Source: Desulfocapsa sulfexigens DSM 10523 (GTDB lineage Bacteria; Desulfobacterota; Desulfobulbia; Desulfobulbales; Desulfocapsaceae). From it: DNA of 32,000 nucleotides. This document shows, one piece after another, positions 19,244 to 28,277 of the stretch. A program made the position numbers and the translations under genes. Location: the NCBI RefSeq assembly GCF_000341395.1, contig NC_020304.1:1290001-1322000 (forward strand), written 5' to 3'. The notes below the pieces were generated by a model, which ran no database searches, was not told where the DNA came from, and worked only from the letters and a program-made list of their open reading frames with translations. The stretch's first letter is position 1, and each line of letters starts with the position of its first letter.

Positions 19244-19960
19244 ATGTGTGATGCATGCGGATGTGACCTGAAACCTGAACATACTCACGACTCCAAGGTG
19301 GTCGAAGTTCACCAGAGTCTTCTTGCTGCTAATACTGCCATGGCGGTAAAGAACAGAGAACATATCGAAAAAATGGGCGCTGTAGCTATCAATATGATAT
19401 CAAGCCCTGGTTCCGGAAAGACAACTCTTCTGGAAAAAACCATTGAAGCCATTGGCGATACGATTCGAATCGGAGTGATTGAGGGAGATATTGAAACAGA
19501 CAGGGATGCGGAACGTATCAGGGCCAAAGGGGTTCCAGTTGTCCAGCTCACCACGGGGGGTGCCTGCCATCTGGATGCCGCTCAGGTTCATAAAGGTATA
19601 CATCTTTTGGAGAAAGAGGAGGGTGGTGCAGAACTTGATATCCTCTTTATAGAGAATGTCGGTAATCTGGTCTGTCCAGCTACCTTTGATCTTGGCGAAC
19701 ATCATCGTCTTGTTCTGGTGTCTGTCCCAGAGGGGCCCGATAAGCCGGCCAAATATCCAAAAGCATTCCATAGTTCCCAGGTTTTTATTATTTCAAAAAC
19801 AGACCTGCTGCCCTATTTTGATTTCCCCGTCGAGGAGGCAAAAGCGGAGGCGCTGCAACTGAATCCCAATTTGCAGGTTATGGCTCTTTCTGCCACCAGT
19901 GGTGAGGGGTTTGATCAATGGCTCGATTATTTGAGGGAGGTCTGCCGAAAGCGTCAGTAA
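19244..19960 (+). CDS. hypB: Hydrogenase nickel incorporation GTPase HypB
   Basis: 238 aa with an N-terminal MCDACGC high-affinity metal site, the P-loop SSPGSGKTTLL, ENVGNLVCP and SKTD motifs. No His-rich stretch. Confidence 0.92.
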   Translation: MCDACGCDLKPEHTHDSKVVEVHQSLLAANTAMAVKNREHIEKMGAVAINMISSPGSGKTTLLEKTIEAIGDTIRIGVIEGDIETDRDAERIRAKGVPVVQLTTGGACHLDAAQVHKGIHLLEKEEGGAELDILFIENVGNLVCPATFDLGEHHRLVLVSVPEGPDKPAKYPKAFHSSQVFIISKTDLLPYFDFPVEEAKAEALQLNPNLQVMALSATSGEGFDQWLDYLREVCRKRQ

Positions 19961-20063
19961 AATATCGCTCTCATACTGAATATTCTCTTGTATTGCATGG
20001 ATAAAATGAGCTATCGTAATGATACGTTGTGGTGGTTCGGTTAATCCTTGAAAGGAGAGAGAA

Positions 20064-20480
20064 ATGCGGTATTTAACTATTGTTTCGCTGTTAGCGCTCT
20101 GTTTTATGCTCTATGTTGTTCCGTCCGTTGAGGCAAGGCCAGGTAAACGATTTGATGAAAGCACCAAGATGTGTCGTATTTTGAATGACGGTGGGCAACT
20201 GGATTGGGAAAGTGATCACTGGGGGATTGGTGCTGCAAAATTTAAGGAAGTGTGCAAGAGTTGTCACACCCGGGATAATGACAAGGGTGCGCCATTTCTG
20301 TATATGGAATCATATGGCTCAAAGGGATGGAACAATGTTTTTTCCCAGCGTCGAAAAAAATGTGCGCGTGACGGCTCATGGGATGTTTTAAGTGCAGCAG
20401 AACTGCAGTTGGTAAATGACTACCTGTATCGGAACGCTAATAATACCTACGACCCGAACGATGCTGATAGCTGCGGTTGA
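20064..20480 (+). CDS. Small secreted protein with one heme c-binding motif (putative monoheme cytochrome c-like)
   Basis: 138 aa. Strong SD (AAAGGAGAGAG). Signal peptide MRYLTIVSLLALCFMLYVVPSVEA. A single CKSCH (CxxCH) motif plus three additional Cys. The family is not recognised. Confidence 0.6.
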   Translation: MRYLTIVSLLALCFMLYVVPSVEARPGKRFDESTKMCRILNDGGQLDWESDHWGIGAAKFKEVCKSCHTRDNDKGAPFLYMESYGSKGWNNVFSQRRKKCARDGSWDVLSAAELQLVNDYLYRNANNTYDPNDADSCG

Positions 20481-20522
20481 TGATACGTGAATCTCCCGGT
20501 CGGGAGAAGAGTTTGTCTTATG

Positions 20523-20565
20523 AAAAATCTTTGGTCGAGGATTACCTGACCAAAGATTTTTTTTG
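20523..20565. terminator. Bidirectional rho-independent terminator between the convergent CxxCH-protein gene and hemC
   Basis: A 12-bp perfect stem AAATCTTTGGTC/GACCAAAGATTT with an 11-nt loop, followed by T8 on the plus strand and a T-rich stretch on the minus strand. A second small hairpin TCTCCC-GGTC-GGGAGA lies at 20493-20508. Confidence 0.75.
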
Positions 20566-20566
20566 T

Positions 20567-21499
20567 TTACCCCTGGATGTGTTTTATATCGGCAAGAATT
20601 TTCCTGCCACCATGATCAAGAATATAGTTTCCTAAGCGTTCACCAATTGCCTCCGCCTGTTCCCTGGGACCTTGCTCAGTTTTGACAAGGACTGTCCTGC
20701 CGTCAAGACTTGCCAGACCACCGCGCAGTATAAGCTCATTTCCATCAAGTACTGCAAGGCCGAATGCGGGAATTGAACAGCCACCTTCCATTGTTCGCAG
20801 GTATGCCCGTTCTGCAAGAAGACAGGATTCAGAATCGGGGTTGTTCAGGCAAGCTCGGATTTTTTGACGTTTTTCAGGATTAATGGTTGTTGCTGACTCG
20901 ATGGCAATACAGCCCTGTCCAACCGGGGGGATAAACTTGTCAACTGAAAATATCTTCACTATCAGATCTTCATATTCCATACGCTTGACACCAGCATAGG
21001 CAAGCATAAGTGCATCACAAGCCCCTGCGTCCATTTTTTTTATTCTGGTTTGCAGATTTCCACGCATTTCCACGGTTTCAATATGGGGATAAAAATGTTT
21101 GAGCAGGGCAATCCGGCGAACAGATGAAGTACCTATTCGGATGGTGCCAGCAGTATCGTTTAGATCAATATCTTTGTTACGAGAAACCAGGACATCGTTA
21201 GATTGCTCTCGGTCAGTAAATGCTATCAGTTCAAAATTTTCAGGGAGTATGGATTGCATATCCTTGGCACTGTGGACGGCAATATCAGTAACTCCACTTC
21301 TCAACTGGTCTTCAAGTTCTTCGGTGAAAACGCCTTTGCTGCCAATTTTTGCAATGGATACATCGAGGATCTTATCTCCCTTGGTCTCCATGGAACTGAT
21401 ATTTGTTTTCAAACCACTGTCTTGAAGCATTCCGGCAACAGTGTCTGTCTGCCACATTGCAAGTTTACTTTTTCGTGATCCTATATTTATTGTAGTCAT
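20567..21499 (-). CDS. hemC: Hydroxymethylbilane synthase (porphobilinogen deaminase)
   Basis: IGSRKSKLAMWQT, GDKILD, KGVFTEELE, AVHSAKD, IGTSSVRR and the GGCSIP (cofactor Cys) motif. The start was chosen at the ATG giving MTTINIGSRKS; the ORF track extends to 21616 with a non-homologous-looking N-terminus. Confidence 0.92.
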   Translation of the reverse strand: MTTINIGSRKSKLAMWQTDTVAGMLQDSGLKTNISSMETKGDKILDVSIAKIGSKGVFTEELEDQLRSGVTDIAVHSAKDMQSILPENFELIAFTDREQSNDVLVSRNKDIDLNDTAGTIRIGTSSVRRIALLKHFYPHIETVEMRGNLQTRIKKMDAGACDALMLAYAGVKRMEYEDLIVKIFSVDKFIPPVGQGCIAIESATTINPEKRQKIRACLNNPDSESCLLAERAYLRTMEGGCSIPAFGLAVLDGNELILRGGLASLDGRTVLVKTEQGPREQAEAIGERLGNYILDHGGRKILADIKHIQG

Positions 21500-21621
21500 G
21501 GTACCTGTCCTGTTTTTATGTAAGTTGCAAACCTGCTCAGAAATAGCCACTACCTTACCATACTGAATAAAGAGAAAAAAGCTATGATTGCAAACTGTTT
21601 TTAAAACCGCTATCATTCCTT

Positions 21622-22365
21622 ATGCGTTTCTTACTCTACAATATACGATATGCAACCGGGCATGGATACGGATACCACTTACCGTTACCATTTGCTGGAT
21701 TTTTCAAAAAGACCAACGTTAATCTTGGAGAGATTGTCACATTTATTCGTTCCGTTGCTCCAGACGTCATCGCCCTGGTTGAGGTCGATTCCGGTTCCTA
21801 TCGGTCACACAAGTCCTGTCAGGTTCGGTCCATCGCCCGGGCACTTGATCATTTCCATGTGGTGGAAACGAAATACGGTGGCGGTTCCCTTGCCAATAAG
21901 GTTCCGGTGCTCAATAAGCAGGGGAACGGGTTGCTCACAAACCAGAAAATTATTAAACATCATTTTCATTATTTTAAAGAAGGAGTGAAACGTCTGGTTA
22001 TTGAGGTAGAATTGGAGGAAGTTGTCGTTTTTACGGTCCATCTCTCCCTGAAATATAGACACAGGCAGCAGCAGTTGGAACATTTACACCGTATTATTGC
22101 ACAATGCGTAAAGCCGGTTATTGTCGCTGGAGATTTTAACACCTTTGGCGGTGATCGTGAGGTACAGCTTTTTCTGGCTGCCACTGGCCTTGAAAATGCC
22201 AATCTCACAGGGGTACCTTCACATCCCAGTCATGCTCCGAAGCGTAACCTCGATTTTATCCTTCATAGTCCTGAAATAATAGCTTCAAATTTTTCAATCC
22301 CGGATATACGACTCTCTGATCATGCGCCCTTAATCTGCGATTTCAGCTTCCCCGGCGACCATTGA
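21622..22365 (+). CDS. Endonuclease/exonuclease/phosphatase (EEP) family protein
   Basis: 247 aa with MRFLLYNIRY, DVIALVEVD, GDFN and the C-terminal SDHAPL catalytic motif. Confidence 0.8.
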   Translation: MRFLLYNIRYATGHGYGYHLPLPFAGFFKKTNVNLGEIVTFIRSVAPDVIALVEVDSGSYRSHKSCQVRSIARALDHFHVVETKYGGGSLANKVPVLNKQGNGLLTNQKIIKHHFHYFKEGVKRLVIEVELEEVVVFTVHLSLKYRHRQQQLEHLHRIIAQCVKPVIVAGDFNTFGGDREVQLFLAATGLENANLTGVPSHPSHAPKRNLDFILHSPEIIASNFSIPDIRLSDHAPLICDFSFPGDH

Positions 22366-23745
22366 GGGTGCTAATGGAAGACATACCTCAAAACAGGAGC
22401 CTTCCCTGATTGCGCTCCTAACCGTCACTTTTCCCCCATGGGCCTCTACCACTGCTTTGACATAATTTAATCCCAGGCCCAGACCCTGCCTGGTTCGACT
22501 GCGATCTCCACGGTATAGACGATCCCATATGCGTCTGCTTTCACTTTCAGAAATTCCCATACCATCGTCACAAAATTGGACAACGGCGTTTGCGCCTACT
22601 CTTTTGGCATTGATTGCAACGCTCCCGGATTCGTGTCCATACTTGATCGCGTTGTCGAGAAGGTTGGCCCAAACCTGACTGATGCGTGTTCTGTCGGCGA
22701 AAATAAAAATATTTCTATCACTGCTGGTACAGGAAACGGTGATCTGCTCCTCCTCTGCCACGTATTGATAGAGCCCCATAACATCATCAAGCATTTCCAT
22801 GAGATTGATTTTCTGAGGAAAGAGACGTATGGTGCCGGCCTCGGCTTCTGCCACACTCATCATAATTTTGAGCATAGAGAGGACTCTTTCTGATTCTTCG
22901 AGGCAATCAGAGAGGGCACTGCGGTAGCGTTTCGGGTCATCTTTATCAGATTGTAGCGCATATTCAGCAACGGCTCGCAGTCTTGTCATGGGAGTTCTCA
23001 AGTCATGAGCCACATTATCAAGTGAGGATTGCATTTCGGTTATAAGCTGTCGATTTTGGGAAAAGGTCTGTTCGAGGAGGTAATATGTGCTTCTGAGATC
23101 CTGGGGATGATGCGTGTTTCTCAAGAGAGATCCATCCTTTTGCTTTAGAGCATGTTTGATGTCTGTGTTCAGTCTTTTTAAAGGTTTTAACATTAGAGCT
23201 CTAAAGATGAAAGCCAGGAGGAGAGAAGGGAAGGCAGCGAGAAGAACTAACAGATATGAGGTAGACACGCTCTGCCTATAGACGACCAGTCCCGTGTTTT
23301 TGTCATTTTTGGCAGCTTGAACCATACTCCCATCTGGAAGTCTTTTGGAAACCAGAATCCAATCACCGGTTTTTTCTGGATGGTAGATGTCAACCCATGC
23401 TCCTTCGGCCAGTGGATCGAGATCCACGAATCCATTGAAGGCAACAGAATTATTTGCAGTGATAAAGACTTGATCCTCACCTCTGGTAATATGAAGATAA
23501 TCTATAGTGTCTGGGAGATTGCCATGAAGGTTGTGTGGCAAATGTAACGAAGAACCTTTTTGGTTGAGGTAGAGGTCAAGCGCAGAACGAATATCAGTTA
23601 TTCGTTGCCGTTGTATGTTGTTTTTAAGAATAAGATTGTAAAAACCAAAACAGATTGCGACAAAAAGCCACAGGATGATAAAAAACAGTAGTATTATCAG
23701 TCTGTTAGAGTGTGAAATTCCACAGCTACTCGTCACGAAGGACAT
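22330..23745 (-). CDS. Two-component sensor histidine kinase (CusS/heavy-metal-sensor-like architecture)
   Basis: 471 aa: TM helix, ~130 aa periplasmic domain, TM helix, HAMP-like linker, H-box VAHDLRTPMTRL, and N/G boxes (NLLDNAIKY, DDGMGI, GLGLGL). It overlaps the response regulator 3' end by 20 nt and the convergent EEP gene by 36 nt. Confidence 0.88.
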   Translation of the reverse strand: MSFVTSSCGISHSNRLIILLFFIILWLFVAICFGFYNLILKNNIQRQRITDIRSALDLYLNQKGSSLHLPHNLHGNLPDTIDYLHITRGEDQVFITANNSVAFNGFVDLDPLAEGAWVDIYHPEKTGDWILVSKRLPDGSMVQAAKNDKNTGLVVYRQSVSTSYLLVLLAAFPSLLLAFIFRALMLKPLKRLNTDIKHALKQKDGSLLRNTHHPQDLRSTYYLLEQTFSQNRQLITEMQSSLDNVAHDLRTPMTRLRAVAEYALQSDKDDPKRYRSALSDCLEESERVLSMLKIMMSVAEAEAGTIRLFPQKINLMEMLDDVMGLYQYVAEEEQITVSCTSSDRNIFIFADRTRISQVWANLLDNAIKYGHESGSVAINAKRVGANAVVQFCDDGMGISESESRRIWDRLYRGDRSRTRQGLGLGLNYVKAVVEAHGGKVTVRSAIREGSCFEVCLPLAPSMVAGEAEIAD

Positions 23746-24400
23746 AGCCCATACCTCGTACTGTATGTATGCATTTTTTTGTGTGATTTTTGTCTATGCT
23801 GTTACGCAGGCGACAGACAAGGACATCAATAACATTGGTTTGAGGATCGAAACTATAGTCGTAAATATGTTCAAGGATAGAAGTTTTAGATAGAACACGC
23901 CCTGGATTGCGCATCATCAGCTCAAGTAGTGCATATTCTTTAGCAGGGAGTTCGATTTTAGTGTTTTTGCGTTTGACTTCACGTTTAAGAGGGTCGAGTT
24001 GCAGCTCTCCAACGGTAATTATACCAGATTCAACATTTTTCTGGCCTCTACGCAGCAATGCATGGATACGGGCAAGTAACTCGTTAAAGGAAAAGGGTTT
24101 GATCATATAGTCATCCCCTCCACGCTGCAGCCCTTCAATGCGGTCATCCACAGATTGTCTGGCGCTGAGGATAAGAACCGGTGTTTCAATTCCCTTATTT
24201 CTTAGTTCTTCAATAAGGCTGAGTCCGTCAAGGCCTGGCAGCATGATATCGATGACTGCCGCTCCATAAGGCTCTGTCAGGGCGAGCGAGAGGCCATCTG
24301 TTCCGGTATGGCATATATCCACACTGAAGCCTGCCTCCTGAAGCCCTTTCTGAAGGAAGGATGCTATTTTTTTGTCATCTTCAACTACTAGGAGGCGCAT
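23726..24400 (-). CDS. OmpR-family response regulator (CusR/CopR-like)
   Basis: MRLLVVEDD, the D..ID.MLPGLDG phospho-acceptor, KPFSF.ELLARI..LLRR, and a winged-helix output domain ending TVRGMGYVL. This closely follows the CusR/CopR pattern. The start was chosen at the ATG; the ORF track starts at a TTG at 24421. Confidence 0.9.
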   Translation of the reverse strand: MRLLVVEDDKKIASFLQKGLQEAGFSVDICHTGTDGLSLALTEPYGAAVIDIMLPGLDGLSLIEELRNKGIETPVLILSARQSVDDRIEGLQRGGDDYMIKPFSFNELLARIHALLRRGQKNVESGIITVGELQLDPLKREVKRKNTKIELPAKEYALLELMMRNPGRVLSKTSILEHIYDYSFDPQTNVIDVLVCRLRNSIDKNHTKKCIHTVRGMGYVLRDE

Positions 24401-24425
24401 AATGAAGTTTGCCGGGAGCAAGTTT

Positions 24426-25157
24426 TTATCGAAGGCAAATCACAGTGGCACAGCGACCGGTTTGGCCATTGCCATTGCGACGGGCACGGCGATAGGAAAA
24501 ATAATTCGCTGAACATGAGGTGCACTGACCAGCTATTTCGATATTGTGTTCATGCAGGCCGGAAGCACTAAGTTGCATTTTGGAAATTTGCCAGAAGTCA
24601 AAATAATTCTTTTTTATCTGGAAGGCAAGGAAGGAGGGGGGGAGTTCGGTTGTGTGGTTTATAAATTCAGCGCAGCAGGGACCAAGGGCGGGGCTGATGT
24701 ATGCCAGAAGATCGGCTGGAGAGGTTCCGTAGTGCTCCTGCATTGCCAGGACGGTTTTGGCCGTAATATTTAAGACACTGCCTTTCCAGCCATTATGAAT
24801 GGCAGCAATAGCAGAGTGGGTCGGATCAAAGAGTGTTATCGCCTGACAATCTGCCTGTTGTATCATAAGACCGATTCCTGGGATATTTGTCATCAATGCA
24901 TCATAGCCTTCAACTTCGACATCATCATATAAGGGAGTGTCTCCAGGGAAGATCATATCTCCGTGAATCTGCGTGGCAGAGAGAATATAAGGTATGGAGA
25001 GTTCCTTCTTGAGGCTCTTGCGATTGTCTGCAACAGAGAGAGGATCGTCACCAACACTATAGCTGATATTACTGGAATGGAATGGAGGGAAACTGACACC
25101 ATTGTGTCGATCGGTGCTGGCTATAACGACTGTGTTACCTGCTTCCTGGATAATCAT
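24426..25157 (-). CDS. pgeF: YfiH/PgeF family protein (DUF152, laccase-domain / purine nucleoside phosphorylase / peptidoglycan editing factor)
   Basis: 243 aa with QIHGD, the ADCQ (Cys) motif, HNGWKG and CTSC..FFSYRR motifs characteristic of the family. Confidence 0.85.
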   Translation of the reverse strand: MIIQEAGNTVVIASTDRHNGVSFPPFHSSNISYSVGDDPLSVADNRKSLKKELSIPYILSATQIHGDMIFPGDTPLYDDVEVEGYDALMTNIPGIGLMIQQADCQAITLFDPTHSAIAAIHNGWKGSVLNITAKTVLAMQEHYGTSPADLLAYISPALGPCCAEFINHTTELPPSFLAFQIKKNYFDFWQISKMQLSASGLHEHNIEIAGQCTSCSANYFSYRRARRNGNGQTGRCATVICLR

Positions 25158-25178
25158 AAACAGTCACCGTGAAACAAA

Positions 25179-25216
25179 TAAAAAAAAGGGGAAGACTCCA
25201 TATGGAATCTTCCCCC
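25179..25216 (-). terminator. Rho-independent terminator downstream of the porin gene
   Basis: On the minus strand, the stem GGGGAAGA..TCTTCCCC (8 bp plus 2 inner bp, ATAT loop) is followed by a T-tract (T7, then ATTT), 34 nt after the stop codon. Confidence 0.8.
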
Positions 25217-25249
25217 TTGGTTTACTGCGGATAATACGGGTAGAACGAC

Positions 25250-26788
25250 CTAGAAGTAGGCTTCGAAGGTCAGGTAAATCTGGTCAGCGGACTCAACAGG
25301 ATCAAGTCCCATCATTCCCAGTGCCATTACATCAGCAGCATCATCCAGGTCATATGGTTTCATGTTCCAATCCATTGAACCGGAGTAGTCATACTCGTAA
25401 CGCTGGTAACCAAAACGGATAAATGTCTTGGCGTACTTGGAGATAGCCTCTCCGGTGGGGAGATCGTAAATGCCATAAATTTCATAGACATTACCACGGG
25501 CTGCAAGTTTAGACTGATACAGATCGTCATGACCACCGGTCATAGCAATCCAGTGCTCAGAACCCCAGTTCCATTCAAGACCAAGTTTCAGACCAATTTC
25601 ATCGATGTCATAACGAGCACCAACGAAAGTTGAATAACCATTTTCGCTCTCGGTATTAGGACCGGTCATACCCATCATCATACCAACATAGTCATTAAAC
25701 ATTCCGCTTGAGTCAGGATCGGTCTGGGACCATCCTGCAGCAGCGAAGATGTTTACAGGACCGAATTTATCCTGGTAGACACCTGTGGTGTGAAGAATGT
25801 TACCAACATTAACACGGGGGCCAAAACCACCCTGATCCTGTGGGAGACCTGCCATCTGGTCGATGACTGGATCCTGGAACTGAGGATAGTTGAAGACGTT
25901 CATTGCGAGGAAAGACTGGAGGTTGATGAAACGATTTCCCTTTTTCATAACATCCCAGCTAAATCCGGCAAAGTCCATGTCGTCCATAACGTTTGCTGTA
26001 TCTAACTCGATTCCATCTTCAAATCCACGTCCATAACAGAAGCGGATACGACCTGTTCCCATGGCTTCAGAACCCCAGCGATAGGCGTAGCCCATTGAGA
26101 TTCCGTCAAATGGCCAGTCCATATAGGACACAGGGGTAGCCATGCGCTCATCGGCACCCATACGAACCTGTGCAGGGGGACCATCAGTGGTAGGACGACG
26201 ACCGATGGAGAACCAGATGGGTACTCCGCCGATGTTGTTCCAGTTAACGAATGCCCGGTCAACACGGAGGGCATTGTCTGAAGGAGTTCGGGTAGAGTTG
26301 CCATCCCAGTTGGGGAAAATCTGGCCGTTACCGTTGGAACCAGAGCCGTAAATGTTACCTTGAGAACCCCAGGCTTTGTACATGGCAAGGCGTGCTTTAA
26401 ACTCTACGTTTTCTGTGGCTTTAACGCGCATGTTGAGACGAAAACGATTTGTCCAGGAAGTATCATTACTGACATCTGCTCCAGATGCATTTGTCGCAGT
26501 GTAGTAATCCAGGCGAGAGCGGAAGTCGCCGTAGAATTTAATGCGGGCAGCGAGATCCCAAGACTCAGAACGATCCTCAAGATCACCAACGGTGCCAGCC
26601 AGATCATCAAAATCATCCTGACTTACGCCATTACCTTCTGCCATCTGAGCTTTCAGTTGGTCTAACTGCATGCTCAACTCTTCGATTTTTCGTTCCAGAT
26701 CATTGGCTTTTGCTCCACCACTTGCAGAAGCTACTGCAGGGAGTGCGATAAGACCAGCAAGAGCCAACATGGAAAATTTTTTCACCAT
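25250..26788 (-). CDS. Putative outer-membrane beta-barrel porin with N-terminal coiled coil (DUF3373-like)
   Basis: 512 aa. Signal peptide MVKKFSMLALAGLIALPAVASA. Heptad-like LERKIEELSMQLDQLKAQMAE. Alternating aromatic/Gly-rich beta-strand pattern and a terminal ...TFEAYF (C-terminal Phe, an OMP signature). Strong SD (AGGAAGGAG). The DUF3373 assignment is from memory of the architecture and is not verified. Confidence 0.7.
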   Translation of the reverse strand: MVKKFSMLALAGLIALPAVASASGGAKANDLERKIEELSMQLDQLKAQMAEGNGVSQDDFDDLAGTVGDLEDRSESWDLAARIKFYGDFRSRLDYYTATNASGADVSNDTSWTNRFRLNMRVKATENVEFKARLAMYKAWGSQGNIYGSGSNGNGQIFPNWDGNSTRTPSDNALRVDRAFVNWNNIGGVPIWFSIGRRPTTDGPPAQVRMGADERMATPVSYMDWPFDGISMGYAYRWGSEAMGTGRIRFCYGRGFEDGIELDTANVMDDMDFAGFSWDVMKKGNRFINLQSFLAMNVFNYPQFQDPVIDQMAGLPQDQGGFGPRVNVGNILHTTGVYQDKFGPVNIFAAAGWSQTDPDSSGMFNDYVGMMMGMTGPNTESENGYSTFVGARYDIDEIGLKLGLEWNWGSEHWIAMTGGHDDLYQSKLAARGNVYEIYGIYDLPTGEAISKYAKTFIRFGYQRYEYDYSGSMDWNMKPYDLDDAADVMALGMMGLDPVESADQIYLTFEAYF

Positions 26789-27118
26789 CTTGATATCTCC
26801 TTCCTCTTTAAATTGTTACGATCCGACCCTCCTGAAAAGCCAGACCCGATGTCTGATCTGTCGCTTGCAAAAAAAAAAAGCAAAAACAAATCAGACGTTC
26901 AGTTTCACATCGTCCTACATATTATTGTTATGATAGTTTCAATGTGTACAAATTTTTTTACTTCAATTTATTGTACTATCGTATTTTACCTTCGGTGTCA
27001 ACTAAATACACCTATTTTCTTGATAGTTCATAATATTTTTTTTATTTCTATCTGGTGTTGTAAGTATTGGTGCTGCAACATGTTGCATGGGGATGGGGTT
27101 TTCAGGAAAGCCATGCCA

Positions 27119-27619
27119 TCATAGGGCTTTGCTAAGTATTGTTTTTTTTACTCCATGCTGGATTGTGCTTCCGTGTACCGAGAAGTGAAAACAACGCTGA
27201 TACCAATCAGCCATTTGCCTGGTGACTAGCCAGATACCAGCGAGTTGATTCTGGTAAGTCCATTCCTCCCACCGTTCAACAATTTTCGAGGCAACACCCT
27301 GGTTTCTGAATTCAGGAAGGACCATAAGCCCGGTTACGGAGGCATAGTTCTTGAAGAGCTGAATTGTTGTTTTATCTGAGTTTTCAGGTGCTGGAGAGCT
27401 CTTGATTATAGTGCTAAATGCAATAAAAACGTTTTGGTACCTGGCAAGGAAAAGAGCACGATCAGGTTTGGTGGCGTAGCGTTGCATCTTGTCGAGAAAG
27501 ACATGAACGAAATCGGGATTCATGTCTCTTTTGAGATCAGAAAAAGCCCTGTCAACCTCACTCAAAGTTGCTAATATAATTTGGCAGGCTGGTTGGGATC
27601 CTGATGGATCAAAGTTCAT
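27119..27619 (-). CDS. GNAT family N-acetyltransferase
   Basis: 166 aa with acetyl-CoA motif A LMVLPEFRNQGVASKIV. It overlaps the upstream lipoprotein gene by 11 nt. Confidence 0.75.
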   Translation of the reverse strand: MNFDPSGSQPACQIILATLSEVDRAFSDLKRDMNPDFVHVFLDKMQRYATKPDRALFLARYQNVFIAFSTIIKSSPAPENSDKTTIQLFKNYASVTGLMVLPEFRNQGVASKIVERWEEWTYQNQLAGIWLVTRQMADWYQRCFHFSVHGSTIQHGVKKTILSKAL

Positions 27620-28175
27620 CGAGGATAGCTGTTTTTTTTAGCACATATTCCTCTTCAGAAATAAGCTTCTGTTTACGGAGGAGATCCAGAATCTGGAGTC
27701 GCTGTTCAATGGATTTAGGTTTTGTTAGTGGGGGGGGAGAGGCTTCATTTGTGGTTTTTGTTTCACGTACCGGAAGTGCACGCAGGGATATTGATATTAC
27801 CTGTTCCATCCAGGCACACTTGCCTGCTTTGAAATTGCAAAATGCTCCTTTACTGTCATCTGTTTCGGAGGCCCATACCAGGCTGCTGGAAAGATTGATT
27901 ACTTCTCCGCTCGGCCCTATTTTGGATTTGATGAGTTCCTGGAGTTCAGCCGTTTTAGGCATACGCCAGTCATTAAAACCTCCCCCTTCATAAGCTTCGC
28001 AATACGCTACCGCTTCCTGGTGGGTCAGATTTTCTCTGTTATCAGTGGTTGCCCACATAAGATCTGTTGTTTTGTCCAGTGCTGTTTCAGTGTTTGTTGT
28101 AAACTGTTCAGTTTTGACTCCGTCTGCACACCCTGAAAGCAGTATGAAACAGAGGGTAACTAGCCATGTATGCAT
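27609..28175 (-). CDS. Lipoprotein with DUF1566 (Lcl C-terminal-like) domain and C-terminal SHOCT domain
   Basis: Lipobox LLSGC after a hydrophobic signal. DLMWA...THQEAVAYCE..GGFNDWRMPKTAELQEL is typical of DUF1566. The C-terminal RLQILDLLRKQKLISEEEYVLKKTAILDEL matches the SHOCT pattern. The start was chosen at MHTWLV; the ORF track starts at 28214. Confidence 0.75.
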   Translation of the reverse strand: MHTWLVTLCFILLSGCADGVKTEQFTTNTETALDKTTDLMWATTDNRENLTHQEAVAYCEAYEGGGFNDWRMPKTAELQELIKSKIGPSGEVINLSSSLVWASETDDSKGAFCNFKAGKCAWMEQVISISLRALPVRETKTTNEASPPPLTKPKSIEQRLQILDLLRKQKLISEEEYVLKKTAILDEL

Positions 28176-28277
28176 TGAATTTCTCCCTGGAGTTAAAGGC
28201 CCAATAATAGACACGAGTGTAGTACAGAGACGTTTGCAATGCCAAGCAAATTTATATCAAGATAGAATAAAGCCGAA

